A DNA stretch of 63,996 bases, filler included, from Choristocarpus tenellus KU-1152 (Eukaryota; Protista; Phaeophyceae): the NCBI GenBank assembly GCA_964200185.2. It is 11 parts of 11 records of this genome, joined end to end, with 100 filler letters (N's around TTAATTAATTAA, not from the genome) between each part and the next. Parts side by side here need not be neighbours in the genome. Positions count along the whole stretch, not along the records: positions 1 to 12,393 come from CAXNAD020001851.1; positions 12,494 to 15,528 come from CAXNAD020022790.1; 9 more parts are not named here. One strand, written 5' to 3'. The translations under genes were made by a program, and so were the position numbers. Position 1 is the first letter of the stretch, and each line of letters begins with the position of its first letter. The notes below the pieces were generated by a model. That model was not told the origin of the DNA. It made no database searches and saw only the letters and a program-made list of their open reading frames with translations. Positions 1 to 13,396 of the stretch are shown here, piece after piece.

Positions 1-954
1 GTATACCTTATACATGATGTTCAAGATAGGTTACCTTTAGGGTATACCTTCTGTGGAATATGGCTCTCACATTACCCCCATCCCTGATGTGGTTTGACGC
101 AGGTATCAAAACAACATAAGTGTCAATGGGAAATGGAGAAAATGTGTGTGCAGAGCAACTGACATGAGTATTGAAAAGAAAAGAAAAGAAGAGATAGTCT
201 CTCAATAAGGAAAGACAGTCTTGCAAGACAGTTGTGTAGACCAAAAAATATCTGCAGATGTACAAAAATGCAGAACAAGAAGTGTTTTTCGTGAGGCCTC
301 ACAACTTAGCACTTGTAACTAAGGTTGATTTGGTAGCAACCAAATCAGTGCCGCTTCACCTTGATCAGGGGTGAGATGATCAAACATATCTGGGCACTTG
401 AAATGATCACGATTACGATTTATCAGATACGACCACGTCTGGTCAAATCTTCAACAAGAAAAAGGGGCAAAGGCAAGGACTAGCTAATCTTATCATGAAA
501 TGCTGTTAACTCCGGCAAGGAGATACAGATGCAAAAGCATTGACCATCATCTCAAATGAGGAAACAAAGAAAATTTGGAGACCCCCAATGGGAGCGCAGA
601 AATTGTGATCAAATTACAGCTGCATAGCTGCAGCATCAATCAGTATACTTGCGTATATAAAAGTCAACAGCTTATCACATGGATGTTCAAATCAATTCGA
701 AACAAAGTGAGAGTTTATGAAGTAAACTGAGTTTTGTGGGCGGGAGAAATCTGGTTCGCTGGGGGCACAGGATAAGAACGTGGGGAGAAGGAAAAAGAAG
801 TAGGAAGAGAAGGAATAGTTAAGGAAGGAACGAGATAGTTAATGGAAATGAGTGGTAGGTGAAAGCAAAGGAAGGCAGTCAGAAAATTCAGGGGTACGAG
901 ACAAGGAGGGGAGAACAAGGCAACCTCCGAGCAAGCTTCTAAGCTTCTCTCAAT

Positions 955-1933
955 ATGGCAAACAGGAGAGACAACCTTGCTGAGTGGACGGAGATGGAGC
1001 GGGAAAATGAAAGGAGAAACGAAGGGACAGGAAGAGGGGAAGGAGAAGGAATAATTGGGTTGGGCAGAAGAAGAAAAGGGATGCAAGGAACAAGAAGCAG
1101 AGAGAGGTACACTGGTGGCGCAGAGGGTGCAGGAATATATCGAAACGGCGCAACGGGAAATGGGAATTTTCGAGACGGGAGAGAGAGAACAGACGGGGGT
1201 GGAAGAAGGGGACGATCAGGAGCAGAGGAGGGAGAGCATTCACAGCCAACTACAAAGTCAGAATGAAGAGATCCGCAAGCTGGCTGAAAGAATAGATGGC
1301 ATGATGGAGGTGCTACAAGAAATATGTCGTTCCAAAACATCAGAGATGGGGGAAGAAGGAAGAGCTAACCCCCAAGAAAGGTCTGACCTCCACCCAGTTG
1401 ACCTTGCCCCGGCCATTATGATTGCCCTGCTCACGGGCCGACTTTGGTACTTTGCATTTAACGTCGGTGTTTTGCCGTCAATCATTGGGGTTGTGTGTTT
1501 GAGTCCTCAGCGATAGGAGTGAAAGTTAACCCCCCTAGAAAGGTTGACCCCGAACCAGTTGACCTTGCCCTAGCCGAACTGATTGCCCTGCTCACTGACC
1601 TCTTATCTCAGACAAGCCAACTCCGAAATTAGGCAATTGAACACAAAAAGAAATACCTCAGTCCATGAGAAACCCTCAGGACTCCTTACTTTAATACCTC
1701 ATGAGCCCCATGATTCCTACCCAATTTGTGAGTTTGAAGGGTGCAACGCGAGATCATGTTGGGGACATTCCATAGATACCTGTTGGGCCAATCCTCATGA
1801 CAGCAACTATCATCTCTCGAGGAAGATTCGGGAACGTCGGAGGAGACGGGATAGGCATGATCTCCACACCAAACAGTCATTTGATCACCCGGTGTCAGCA
1901 CGTACTGCCCGCCTTACGACCACATTGTTCTGA
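955..1933 (+). mobile_element. Possible decayed retrotransposon gag-like region (charged coiled-coil segment plus zinc-knuckle-like motif)
   Basis: Overlapping frameshifted ORFs 955-1516 are E/R/Q-rich (SQLQSQNEEIRKLAERIDGMMEVL). ORF 1583-1933 contains CEFEGCNARSCWGHSIDTCW, which resembles a C..C..GHxxxxC knuckle. A ~40-bp imperfect direct repeat lies at ~1394-1433 and ~1556-1595. No pol is recognisable, so this is inference. Confidence 0.3.
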
Positions 1934-2375
1934 CGACCCCTGCAACTTCAAGTGTCAACCAAGACGATGATGAAGCCAGCGAGAAACGCACGAGGACTAG
2001 TCGGAACTAGGCCTGCTTTGCAGGGCCGGTTTCCCCGGAACCCGCAGGTTTAGGAGATCACAGTACAACTAGAGGCTTATTGCTTAGGGCAGAGACAGAT
2101 GTTGCAGATCTAGCACCTACGACACATCATTTGAAGCTCTTAAGGTCAGCAAGTCAAATATTGCCACAATCAGGACATGTAACAAAGGTTGCATATGCTC
2201 TTTCTTGCTCCTCACAACCTCTTTTGGATGCGAGTGAAGTTTCTTTTAACAACTCAAATGTTTTGTTGCACTGTTTCATACCGCTGGCACACATCAGCCA
2301 TCCCAAATTATTCTAAATCCCCTCGCATGCTGAATGTTTCATTCTGCTGTGTATGAATGAATTCCTGGGTAAAGT

Positions 2376-4260
2376 GGTGGTACCATTAGCTTTGCCCTCC
2401 GTGGCAATGTTGAGTTTTTTCACGGTATCGTCACAAGAGGTATACCACGATACATGTATCAAATGAACGAGTATGACAAGACCTGTTGTTGAAGGTTTGT
2501 ATCCATGAATGTTCAGACTTCAGGGAACGGGAGCTATGTCCCGATCAAAAATGGCAAAAACGCGGGGAAACATCTCCGCCGCAGTTTTGAAGGTCGCGAC
2601 TTCAAAAGGGACAAAAATGAACGGGTTGGCTGAACTCCTCGCAAAAAATTGATGCGGGGCAGTTGCACCCAAGTTTGGCGTGTGTAGCGATACCGAAAAT
2701 GCAACAAGATCTGTGGACATCTTCTTAGCACCATTTGCAGACTTTCTGTGAGCACACACGCGTGTGACGCACACAGCAACATCAACCACAACGATGAGAT
2801 GTCAAGGCCACTCTGCCCCCTTGATCTACTCTGAGCACCTTATCTGTCGAGAGGTGACAGAAAAGCAAGTAAGATCAAATCGCACAATGGAACACACCTC
2901 CGTGACACTGACGCTGAGAGAAGATGCTTGAAAAGCATTACCATACAAACGTGGTTGGATCTTGAACCACGTTGGAGCACTGCTCTGCAGTCTCTGCCAC
3001 CTCGGGAACGCAGGAAGAGAGCGGTGAGTCCATCACCAAGTCGTACAGTGACGAAGCCTATGGGGAAGCCTGGTCACGGCAGACCATGTGAGAACCAGGG
3101 TGGCTGCCCGAAGGGAAGGTTGGGGAAGAGAGAAGTACGAATGTGTGCCATTGCACTCAGCAAATGCCTATGCTAAAACACGGTTGTAGAATATCTTAAT
3201 AGTCGACAGTTGCAGCAGGTCCTCGCTGTTTGGAAGCTATGCGAGAGGGAATGGCTTAAGGAAACGACAACGAAGGTGTTAGGGTTGGGCTACAAGGACT
3301 CGGAAGCCCGAAAGAAGGTCAAAAGGGCTCGCAAGGCGGAGGAGAAAGTGATCGTAACAAAGGCAGCTGTGGAGACCTTTCCATACCACCAAATCCTTTA
3401 CTTAGATGAGGTCACAAAGCAGGTGGAGGTAGCCATTGACAAGGACACCAGGGAAGAAGAGGAGGTGAGATTGAGACTATTTTCACACCAACGGTTTGGT
3501 GTCTCCCACTTCTTGCAATATGCTGTATAATCGCCTTTGTTTCTCGACTTATAGTTGGACGTATAAAGTTGAATAAGGCTTTCTCCCCACTTGCATTCAT
3601 TCAAGAAAAACACATTTTTCGATCAACTCAAGCCCGTCCTCCCTCGCCCTTGAGCCTTGATGATAAAATATATCACTCGCCCAGGAAACACGGATGACGC
3701 CCATTTCCGGTGCTCAACGAGAAAATGTGAAAGTAAAGGCTCTAACACTGCGAATTCTGTACCTGTGTATGAATGACGGGAAAGACTATCAAACGGAGCT
3801 CGAGATGGCAGCAGGATATGTGATGGTCAGGTCAGAAACTATGAGTAAATGGAAAAAAAAACTTCCTAACCAAGGCCAATTTAAGGTGTCGGAGCAAGGG
3901 CGCTACGAGGGGCGTTTCGTTCTGGGTCTCGACGAGGACATCCTTGCCGAGATCAAAGGTGGGCGCGCGCGAACACACAGGAAGAAAGGGTTGGGAGGCT
4001 TTTTTTCTAGCGAAGCCCTACATTTGAATCAAGTAATAGTGTATCTGTTGCTACTCTTGGTGACCTACAATCCGGGGTTCGAACCCGAACATGAGCGCTC
4101 TTTCTTCAAAAAAAGAAAAAATGGCGAAAAATATACGAAGCTCGGACTCTGGAGGGCCTTGTGACGGGCATCACGAATATGCTTTTTTTTTGTTACTCCG
4201 ATGTCTACATCAAAGGTTATGACGGGGACAACCCCAGAGGGCGAAGCTATTGGTACCACC
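2376..4260 (+). mobile_element. ~1.9-kb TIR DNA transposon, internally deleted, with a decayed transposase N-terminal region (IS630/Tc1-mariner-like)
   Basis: 24-bp TIRs with 22/24 match: ggtggtaccattagctttgccctc (2376-2399) and gagggcgaagctattggtaccacc (4237-4260). Broken ORFs 2928-3990 include W..GQFKVSEQGRYEGRFVLGLDEDILAEIK...KKG, which from memory resembles the N-terminus of eukaryotic IS630-like transposases. No DDE domain is seen. An inverted paralogue lies at 15629-17153. Confidence 0.75.
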
Positions 4261-4472
4261 ATATGTAGACAATGAACCTTCAATGGCATTACTATTGATA
4301 CTGCCACTGACATTCCAGTAATATCACTCAGATACATTGACACCCACCCAACCCTTTGCAAGGCACCCATTCGGGAGACTCCTGCTGGCGCTCTGAATTT
4401 AAAAGGAACGGGTGGTAGACCTTTATCTGTTAATGGTTTCATTCAATTTACACCAGGACTTGGTGGCATATC

Positions 4473-4905
4473 TGTTACAGGAGGCGAATAGCGCGAGTAT
4501 TTCTTCCCACGCTTTAACCAGCGCGAGCAGTATACGCGCGTGGGGAACCCCAAAAGGGGGAACTCCGATTTGCCTAAAGGTTGCAGAATAAACTGTAACT
4601 TGGGTTGTTGCAGAGGGTCACGGATGGATGGTCACAAAGGGTTCTCAGATATGTGCAAGTATTTGTAAACCCGAATAAACCCCAAACGGTAAATGATTAT
4701 TAGAGTTCCTAAAAACGGCTCAAATCGGCTCAGTTCTTATGACCTAAAAAGACCCACACAAACTCACTCTTAATCTAATACGTTTCTTACACTGATTTAT
4801 TCATTTGAGAGTACCCCTATTCTGCTGAGCTGACATTTGATAAGCTTTGGATTGGACTTGACTTGTACATCCTGGGCAGGTGAGTATTGAGGGGCGCCTG
4901 TAACA
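4473..4905. mobile_element. LTR-like repeat (433 bp)
   Basis: Begins TGTTACAGG and ends CCTGTAACA (TG...CA with a 9-bp inverted repeat) and contains AATAAA. Its right-hand 60 bp recur at 12494-12553. No TSD is visible. Confidence 0.6.
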
Positions 4906-5299
4906 TGGAGGTCCTATTGCCTCTCTTCAAACTGGAGGGATTACTCCTTGTTCACCCCAACACATAGGATTGTTTTCTTGCTCGACCTGGATTATTTCCT
5001 TGTTCCATCTGGGTGGTTTTCTTCTTCCACCTGGGTTTGTGGTCTTCATTCATCATCTACAGGATTCCCTCTCTGGACTCGGCTTATTTGGCTCTGAGGG
5101 AATCACCCCTCTCTAGCCGTAAAACGAGTGGCCTCTGATCACCACATCACTCGCCTATAGTCGTAAAATGAGTGGTCTCTGACCGCCATGGTATAGACAT
5201 TTCCTAGGTAGTTCTTCCTCGCCATTCGTACACTGACATTCCCGATCTTTTTTTCGTGTATCACACTGTTCACTTATTTCATAGGTTCCGCCTGAAATC

Positions 5300-7900
5300 A
5301 GTAATTCGGAGACATTCCTGCCCAAGGCCAGACCTGCGAGAACTCTTGCAGCAGTCGTGACGGATCAACGTGTTTATGTATCGCGTCCACGCATCAACAA
5401 CTTCACCCCTTTCCACATCGAGCTCGTCGAAAACTCGAGTCTTTCTTAGGACACACAGCGGTCCTTTCAGGTGCTTCGTCTGCAATCGACGTCCCACGCA
5501 TCAAAGGACAGCTCTTACAGGTCCGTTGAGACGACGATACGGCAACTGAGAGGTTCATATTTAGGTGAGAGAATACACCCCTTTGGCATGGCCAGCGGAA
5601 AATTGTGGTATAGGTTGCCATGTGTGATTTCTTTTAAGAGAGAGAAAGGTGTGACGTGGAAGGCTGCAGCCATAGCCTACTTTTCCACTATTGAGTGTAT
5701 ACCGTAGACTTGCAGATGCCACATATATGTAAAGCTCGTTTAGGGCGGAATATATAGATGAAGATCAACACATTGATTTGTACGAACGAGCCCAACTCTC
5801 CTACCCCAAGTCCTACCCATATCAATTTTCCTCTGTTGTCTAATATAGTACATATTGTACTTTTTTTCTACAGATTAGAAGCCAATTCACCCACTAGGAT
5901 TTTCGCAGAGTAATCTTTTGGAGATGTAAAACACGAGACAATGATCCAAGGATTGTTGAGTGGGTGGGTTCTCTCTACCAGTCTGCAATGGTTTGTTGAT
6001 GAGAGCTGGTAGAAACTTTCGTAGTGCGTTGTCATTATCAGAAGCAGAGCGTCAATGCAATTGTTCCCTGTGATGAGTTGGACCCGCCTTGGGCCACAGG
6101 TTGAGGAAGAAGTCAATGTCAATGCAGAGGCCTTAACAGCACGTTTTGGAGGGGTCATGACGAGATGTTTTTGGTGTGGTGGTTAAACTCTTCGTGAACA
6201 TCAAACAAGTATCCAAGGAAAATCGCCGCCAACCGATGCGCTTGTATTCCGAGGACAGTAAGGTTACGACGCCTACCTCGAGGTGAACTTTCGTGATTAG
6301 ATCCGTAAATCTGGAAGTGGAATATTGGCACTCGAACCCTTGTCCCCGTCTGCCTAGATTGCAGTTGTTGAGATTGTACATTTTCGTTTGCAATTGGCTG
6401 ATGGTATCGCTCTTTCTGCCCTTCCCAGACGACACCGCAAACGCTTTTTGTCATGAGTCTTGCATCACCCTGGCAGGACAAATCACCAGACCGTATGGGA
6501 TCTGTAAGGTTTCGAGATGACGTTGCTACCCTCCCAGGTGTAAAATTCTTTGTCGGTGATGCCACAAACCCATGAACCAATCCACTTCTTACCCCTTTCC
6601 CTGGAATCAGTCTGCATCAAGACTAGGATGAATTCAACTACCTCCACTCTCGAGGAAGAATCACTGTTCCCACGGACTATTGTGGTGGTTGTGCGTGCGT
6701 GGGGCATCCTGTGGAAGCTGCTGGAGATGGTTGTGCCCATAGCAATGGAGTTATGGACCCTTGTATCCGGCTTGACAACTTCTTCCGTAGGTGCGGCATT
6801 TCCGTCCCTTGTCTGTGAAGATGCAAGGAGCGAGAGGTATCCAAGGATGAAGTATTCAACCCGAACCTGTGGGCGGGTGGGAGGGGTGCAACGGGGTAAT
6901 CTCGAAATCACACCAATACACCTAACGTCCACCATGGTGTAAGGGTTCAGGTTAGAGTATGGTCTATCACTTGGTAATGGCGCAACATAGAACACATTTG
7001 TGAACGGTAGGCCAGCAGGTTGATCAGTTGAGACCTGACACAAGTTCGTATCTTGACTTGTGACTGCATCTATGTGCAAGGGGGAGGGTTATTGTCACAT
7101 GAACAGCACCCCCACTGGCCGCAAATATTGATGGAGAATTTCTTAGCAAATATGCGTAGGTTCCAAGGGAGATTGTGGAGAAGAAGGATTAGGTGTGGAT
7201 GATGAATCGCTTCATGCATCTCCTGTAATTTGAGGCGATTAGGTGGTACTTGTATGGGCCTCATCTCAGGAGTCAAAGTATCTTAGAGGGTAGAGCCGCG
7301 TCCATTTGAGGGCCAAAACCAATGTTGCAATTTTGATGTCATTTTTGGCTATCATGTTGTTAGGGAATATCAATATCCTTGTTCCGGACATACATTTCAT
7401 ATTATACACATTTTACATACTCCAAAACAATTCGGAGTAGGTAAAATGTCAATAAAAACCCATGGGAAGCCAAGTCCCTAATGGACAAACAGGGAAAAAC
7501 TCGTACCCTCTAAGATACTTTCATTCTCAGGTGACCCCGAGCGACATCTATTTTTGCAGGATAGTTTTCCACAATTGTCTGAGTGACCTGGAGTTAGTGT
7601 GGGTGTTCCCCCTCCTATCACTCCCTTCTCTTTGGATGTAAGATGGGCCCTGAGGGAATGGTTCACATCCTTGACTTGAAGCATGTTGCTGATTGAAGAC
7701 AGTATGATATGTGTTTGACTGCAGTAGCAAGGATATGAGAGGGTACGCCACTCAATGGGAGCTATCCTTCAACCTTTCTTTGGATGAGTACAATGGCCCT
7801 GGATGTTACCGGTCAACTTTCTTGAAGCCTGGGGACAGGTGTGTGCAAGAGTGGTTTGGTTCCCAAGGGATTTGCCTTCCTTCTGCTTCTTGGTAGGTCT
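5300..7900 (-). mobile_element. Possible highly degenerate retroelement internal region, interrupted by a MITE
   Basis: Long minus-strand open frames (6483-7079, 6155-6580) lie next to the LTR-like repeat. There are only faint motif hints (IPLPDLR near 6310-6330) and no intact catalytic motif. Confidence 0.2.
7270..7526 (+). mobile_element. MITE family A copy (GAG...CTC-type termini, 4-bp TSD; Sola2-like)
   Basis: TIRs gagtcaaagtatcttagagggta / taccctctaagatactttcattc. Exact 4-bp TSD tcag at 7266-7269 and 7527-7530. Internal sequence is shared with 7 other copies. Confidence 0.9.
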
Positions 7901-10900
7901 AAGTTGATTATAGTACTACAAGGCATGTACCGGAATGCGTAAGGTAGTATTTGGTGATCATTCACTTGAATCGTATTTCTTGGCTCTTGTTACGATCCTG
8001 TGAGCCACAACGTGGTAGCTGCAGTAAACCTCTAGCAGCACACTGAGGATGTGGGAAAAGCAAAGTAAGGAAGGAAGTAGTCTGAACTGAGTCTGGTAGG
8101 CCACCTATTTCTGAAGAGAAGATGAGTGTTTGTTGAAGAGACGTGTACCACCCCTTTTCCCCACTTCAAATATATCTGAGTGAGCATTCCAATTGTACTA
8201 GGAGCAAAACCCCCTGCATCAATATTGTGCCAGGTCCACAGATAGTGGGAACCAATGGTACTGAGATTTGTAGATGTATATGTTTTTGGTCATCATGTCC
8301 TTAGAAAAGGTACCCCTTCAATGCACTAAGACATAATTAGTTGTGATGAGAAAGAAGGGGTGTCCTAAATTTTGGGTTAGGGTTGACTAGAATGGTAATT
8401 TGGTGTGCTTGTGTGTGTGTGTGTTTTTTATATGTTTGTTTGTGAAATAATTCTCACTCCACCTTGTGAGACTTGTACCGTAATGGGTACATTTTGAAAC
8501 ACAAATTTACAAATTTACAAATTTGGAATCAACGTTTTTGTTGTTGGGAGGGCCGTTTGGTTCTCTTCCTGCAAACCTCTCCCCAGTGTAATGATCACTT
8601 GTTGGGGAGGTCGCTTCTCTTGTCTCCTATAGTGAGGGAGGAAAATTTGCACATCCAAGAAGACAAAGGAGCAGGTGACAATATGCTCCCAGTCTCCACA
8701 CTGAAGTCGTTTGCTCCAACCTGTCACAGTCACTATCTTTTGTAAACATTTTTTTTACCACACTCATTCTTGCACAGTGGTTTCCTCCTCTACCTATGGA
8801 AACTCGGGCCTTTATTAGAAGCATACCTGGAACACAAAAGACCTTACAGAGCTTGTCCACATCAGGGCTGACGACTACAAGCAACATTGCTGGAGGGGCA
8901 GTGAGGGGAGTAGTTAGTGGAAGGTTGACCTATAGTTATAAACCATTCCCTCAGGACTCCAAAGGCAACGGAGTGAAGAAGAGGGAGGTTTATATTTATA
9001 CAGGGAACCAATAGTGGCAGGCGATGGTGACCCCAGAAAATTGCAAAGGGAATACAGTATTTTGTTTATTGGCAGAGGTCCTTTTTGCTCATGAATAACT
9101 TCCTCGAGCACCCCAAACACTACAACTCTATCAGTACCCTCAACTCCACCTGCGCCGGCTCTAGTAACTCATGTCTTGTCCTTCACGTCTGAAATTTCCC
9201 CTTAGTTCAACGCTGTCTTTGCTATATTTCTGATACCGGGGAATATTGAGATGTTCAATCAATAGTTTCGTATGATAGTATGGGGGATTTCTTGCAATCA
9301 TGGTCAAAAATCTGCAGTAGGGCATATTTTTATGTTCAACATTCTGTACCATATACCATGAATAGGTTGGAATATGCTACCGTCCCTCAGCCGACCAAGC
9401 AACCTCACTTCATGTGCGTAGAATATGCCCATTTTTAAACACGAATTGTTGCTGATACTATGTTCTCCTCCCCGTCAACACTACCATTCCAATCATAGCC
9501 CCAAAAGAGGAGGCATGTGCGATAGGAATATTGTCCCTCTCACCAGACCGAAAATCCCGTGCAGAGCAGAGATGTTGGAAGTCTTTGGGCAAGCTTGCTG
9601 CAAAACAAGATTCAGCAGGGGTGGGAGAACACAAAGGGAGGGAAATGGTAAGCTTGGCCTATACCCTCCCTCCCTTCCATATTTTTGATGCAACCGACTT
9701 GTAGAAAAGAGAATGTGTGGGGGGTATATTATATATTCTCAACACGCTTGATGATCTCTCCTCCTTTTTGATTACCTTGAAAGGAATAGAAACTGGACCT
9801 ACTTTTCCCAATCACCATGAAAACCACAAACCTGGATGTTGATTTTGTCGATATGATATTTTGCCACAACAAGCACAGTAAGATGAAGGTCAGATCACAA
9901 TGTATCACAAATAATAACGTGGTAGTGTGTGAGAGGACTGGGGAAGGGATATGAAGACAAATAAAAGCAAGATTGGGGTGGGGGGAGGAGAAAATCACGA
10001 CGACTCAGAGGGAGGAACTACTTCCATGTTTTCAGGAGAGGTTACAGCTAGCTCTATATTTCAATGATCTTTCTTCCCTGCTCTCATGAACCACCCACCT
10101 GTGTGGAGCAAGAAATCAAGTGGGGGATGCGAGGAGGTACAAAGGTTAGGGCTTAGAAAAGATAGAAGCTGTGTTTCAATGGAATGCTCGAATTAATCTA
10201 ATGTGGATTCAATGTTCTGAATTTGCCCTGATTTTGTTCTGTCAATGATGGGGAGGAAGGAGGAGGTTTGTGGTCCAAAACTGATACTTGATCAATTATT
10301 TGTGCAGATTCTTGTTTGCATGGATCGATCTGCTGGTGACTTGTGTGTGCAACGAAGGAGCATCCACACCAACCCAAATCAAATCATCCAAGTACTTGCT
10401 TCTGTCGCCATTTTCAGCTGGTTTCAAACAGCACAGAAGGGCAAAACTGAACACTTGTTGCTACTGGGTATGTAGCAGGGAAAACGTTGTTCATGGTTGT
10501 GATTCGTGTTGAAACCTAAGTCGAATGCATTTTATATGTAAGCGAAATAGATAGACTACGAGTGAAGAGGAATCATGGTGTTGCAAAGCGCCGATGAGTA
10601 GAATGTGTAGTCTATGGTATGAGTAGATGTGGTTGCGAAGCAAAGCACTAATGTATTTGCTCTGTTGCAACTGATGTTATTTATCTCTCAGTTAAGGATG
10701 ATGTGATGTGAATACAGTGTTATTTCATGATACACTCAGTGAAAGAAGTCCATGTTCTGTGAAGAGGCTTGATACCTTGGCTGGCAAGGATTTCCTCGGA
10801 TGGTTTTAACTCTGGGTATATTGCATCCAAGCGTGCGTCAGTGCCGCTATTGCAGAGTGAGCTTGAGGTGCTCAGTGAGGGGACAATGGCAATCAATAAA

Positions 10901-12289
10901 TATAATAACCAACAATTACCGTGCATCTGGGGTCTTGTTCATATAAAAAGGAAGGGTAGAGATGGCAGACAGCAACAAATAGAAAAAAGAAACACAAGGT
11001 AACAGTGGAATGTACTTGGTGCCAGTTCCGAAGTAAATTGAATGACGTGTACTATGATGTTCCTGTGTGTGATGTGGATCAACGGAATATCAACTGATGC
11101 TATACTTCTATCTACTGTCATCGATGTGATGATATGTTGGAATGTGCAATAAATAAATGAACACAAACAACCAGTGCAGTGCACCAATCAACAGACAATA
11201 CAAGCTGGTAGTTTGTGTATCATACCAACAAGAAACAAATGAGTGACCTATTTTTTAACAATCCGCAGATTAGTACCATCACCAGGAACCTATTGGACAC
11301 ATGCACGCCTCTACGCACACCACAATGGCCTACAAGTGCACACTCCAAAAAATATACGCACAACACTTGAAATTGGAATTTGGGTTAGACCGTGATACCC
11401 CAGGATTATGGAGGTTTTCTGCTCTAAGAGACTCAGAGTTTCCATAAATTGGCTAGTGACTCAGCTCCCCTTTCCTCACCTCAAAGATACAATTAGCAAC
11501 ATGTTGCGGAGCGATTGATGGAATGCTTGTTGATCCACTGCGTTATATTTGATGTAGGTGGATGCCGTGTTCTCTTGTCTTCCAATGTTGATCAACAAAC
11601 CTGGCCCAGAGTATGTTACTGTCTCCATTATTATTACGTGATATATTGTACAGTACAGAGAAATGTGTTGGGTTCCACTGCGTCAGTTCTTTTAGCAATG
11701 CCTCGTAACTACACCTACCTATAGGTAGATCGCTTCCTTCATACCAACTATGCAGGATATGATGCACACAGTGCATCAAATATCTGTTGCTATGCTTGCT
11801 GTTATTAGTCGAAGGGATAGTTTAAATTAGTAGAGGTCAAGTATTCCGGTATTGTTGTAGTGCTCATATATACTCATGAAATCAATACCGTGATGAATAA
11901 TGTGTGCTAAGTTGTAGAGACAACATACATGCTTACATGATCTGGCTTTGTTGCACTCCCTGTAATTTATGTGCAGGCTACTGTAGTCACAGTGTCTGTT
12001 TGGGTACTTGTGCATTGTCATCCAAGACTTGACCCACATTCTGGCCTCACACATCGCCCCTGCACTGGCACTATTGACATTATCAAGTTTCAGGACCAGG
12101 ATTTCAAGTCCATTTTTGTTATCATGTGTTGCACATGGAGAAGGTAGTCTTTTTTGTCAATACTCTCAACCTTGTAGCTGCTGTCGTTAGAGTGTAACCA
12201 AGTACTTTCACTGTGGGGTTCATGGTCTGTCTCCTATCTCAGCAACTGATGGATTTCTTCTAGCTTACACGATAAAGAACTGGTCTTGA

Positions 12290-12553
12290 TCGAACCCATT
12301 AAGGGGGACTGTCACTTTCTGTGAGATCAGAACTGCACCAGGGTTGTAGCTGAGACCCAACATGACGATCGTTTGGAACCCTGTGCCTCAGATNNNNNNN
12401 NNNNNNNNNNNNNNNNNNNNNNNNNNNNNNNNNNNNNTTAATTAATTAANNNNNNNNNNNNNNNNNNNNNNNNNNNNNNNNNNNNNNNNNNNNCTGTGAA
12501 TTGGATTTGACTTGTACATCCTGGAAGGTGAGCATCGAAGGGCGCTTGTAACA
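12290..12553. mobile_element. Diverged second copy of the LTR-like repeat, spanning an assembly gap
   Basis: 12494-12553 (ttggatttgacttgtacatcctgg...ggcgcttgtaaca) matches 4850-4905. 12290-12393 shares gaaccc..aaggggga, gggttgt and ctcagat blocks with 4545-4650. Confidence 0.55.
12394..12493. other. Artificial assembly spacer N44-TTAATTAATTAA-N44 (also at 15529-15628, 18559-18658, 30095-30194, 33437-33536, 40129-40228, 45719-45818, 53954-54053, 56749-56848, 60960-61059)
   Basis: The identical 100-bp structure occurs ten times. TTAATTAATTAA gives stops in all six frames, as contig-joining linkers do. Confidence 0.98.
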
Positions 12554-13396
12554 GTACAAATGTAACCGTACCGTGAAAATCCAAACTACAATCATACCCA
12601 TCAAGTCAAACCAACCATGATCGTACCGTCAAAAGCAGAACTCCAACCGAAGGTACGAGGTCATATGAAAACTGTAACAGTAGCTGCACTGTAAAATCGT
12701 CACAGTTCATACATCATTATATATACGGTTGGGCGAGTCTCCAAGGTCAAAAACCGCCTAAACAGCGAAAGTGGAATCGTGTAGATCAATGGAGAAAAGA
12801 GAGTCTCCTAGAAAAAATTTGGTGGTTTGATGCAATAAAATAAATAACCAAAGCATATGAGGATAATGGATACTGGAATACTTTGAAGTATGTTCCTGTA
12901 GTGCCGAATGTAGAGTCTAAAGACAAACACTGTCCTAGTAGGGAGCTACCACTTGCAATAAACACTTACATTTTTTGTCAAACGTACCTGTGAATACTGT
13001 GGCTCTGGAATCAGATCAAATTAATGGGATTAAGAGATCCCCTGTTGCTAGGGCAGGTATAGGACAGAGAGGTGACTTAGTTGAAACAGACGACATTTAG
13101 ATTATGTACAAGAGGACCATTGTTAGTATTGTATCACTGTATCTTCAGAAATTATGGAACCATTTGAATGATCATATCTGTAGATATGGCACTGGGTCCT
13201 TGCCAACCAATGGGCTTCAAAATTGCTGGAAGACATGGAGGAGGCATATCCAAAATCCACACAAATGCAGTGACATGCCCTGAGACACATAATATAGATG
13301 GATTGCTGCGCGTGGAGAAAAAAATCAACTATTTCAACCAAGAACAGGCATATTCACTCCAATCTGTAATTAGTATGTGTAATAAAGAATATACAT

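Noticed and set aside
3277-3290. ttagggttggg as a copy-specific telomeric insertion
   Set aside because: It is present in both transposon copies, so it is ancestral to the element.
4065-4095. tRNA gene at ggggttcgaacccg (also 44423 and 52085)
   Set aside because: Only a T-arm/B-box-like motif is present, with no cloverleaf, D-arm or acceptor stem.
8770-12110. Additional gene models from isolated exon-like segments (8777, 9546-9647, 10290-10460, 10796-10870, 12007-12105)
   Set aside because: Splice sites are plausible, but there is no consistent phase chain or recognisable domain.
4473-12553. One full-length LTR retrotransposon bounded by the two LTR-like copies
   Set aside because: The copies are strongly diverged, there is no shared TSD or ordered gag-pol, and the second copy spans a gap.
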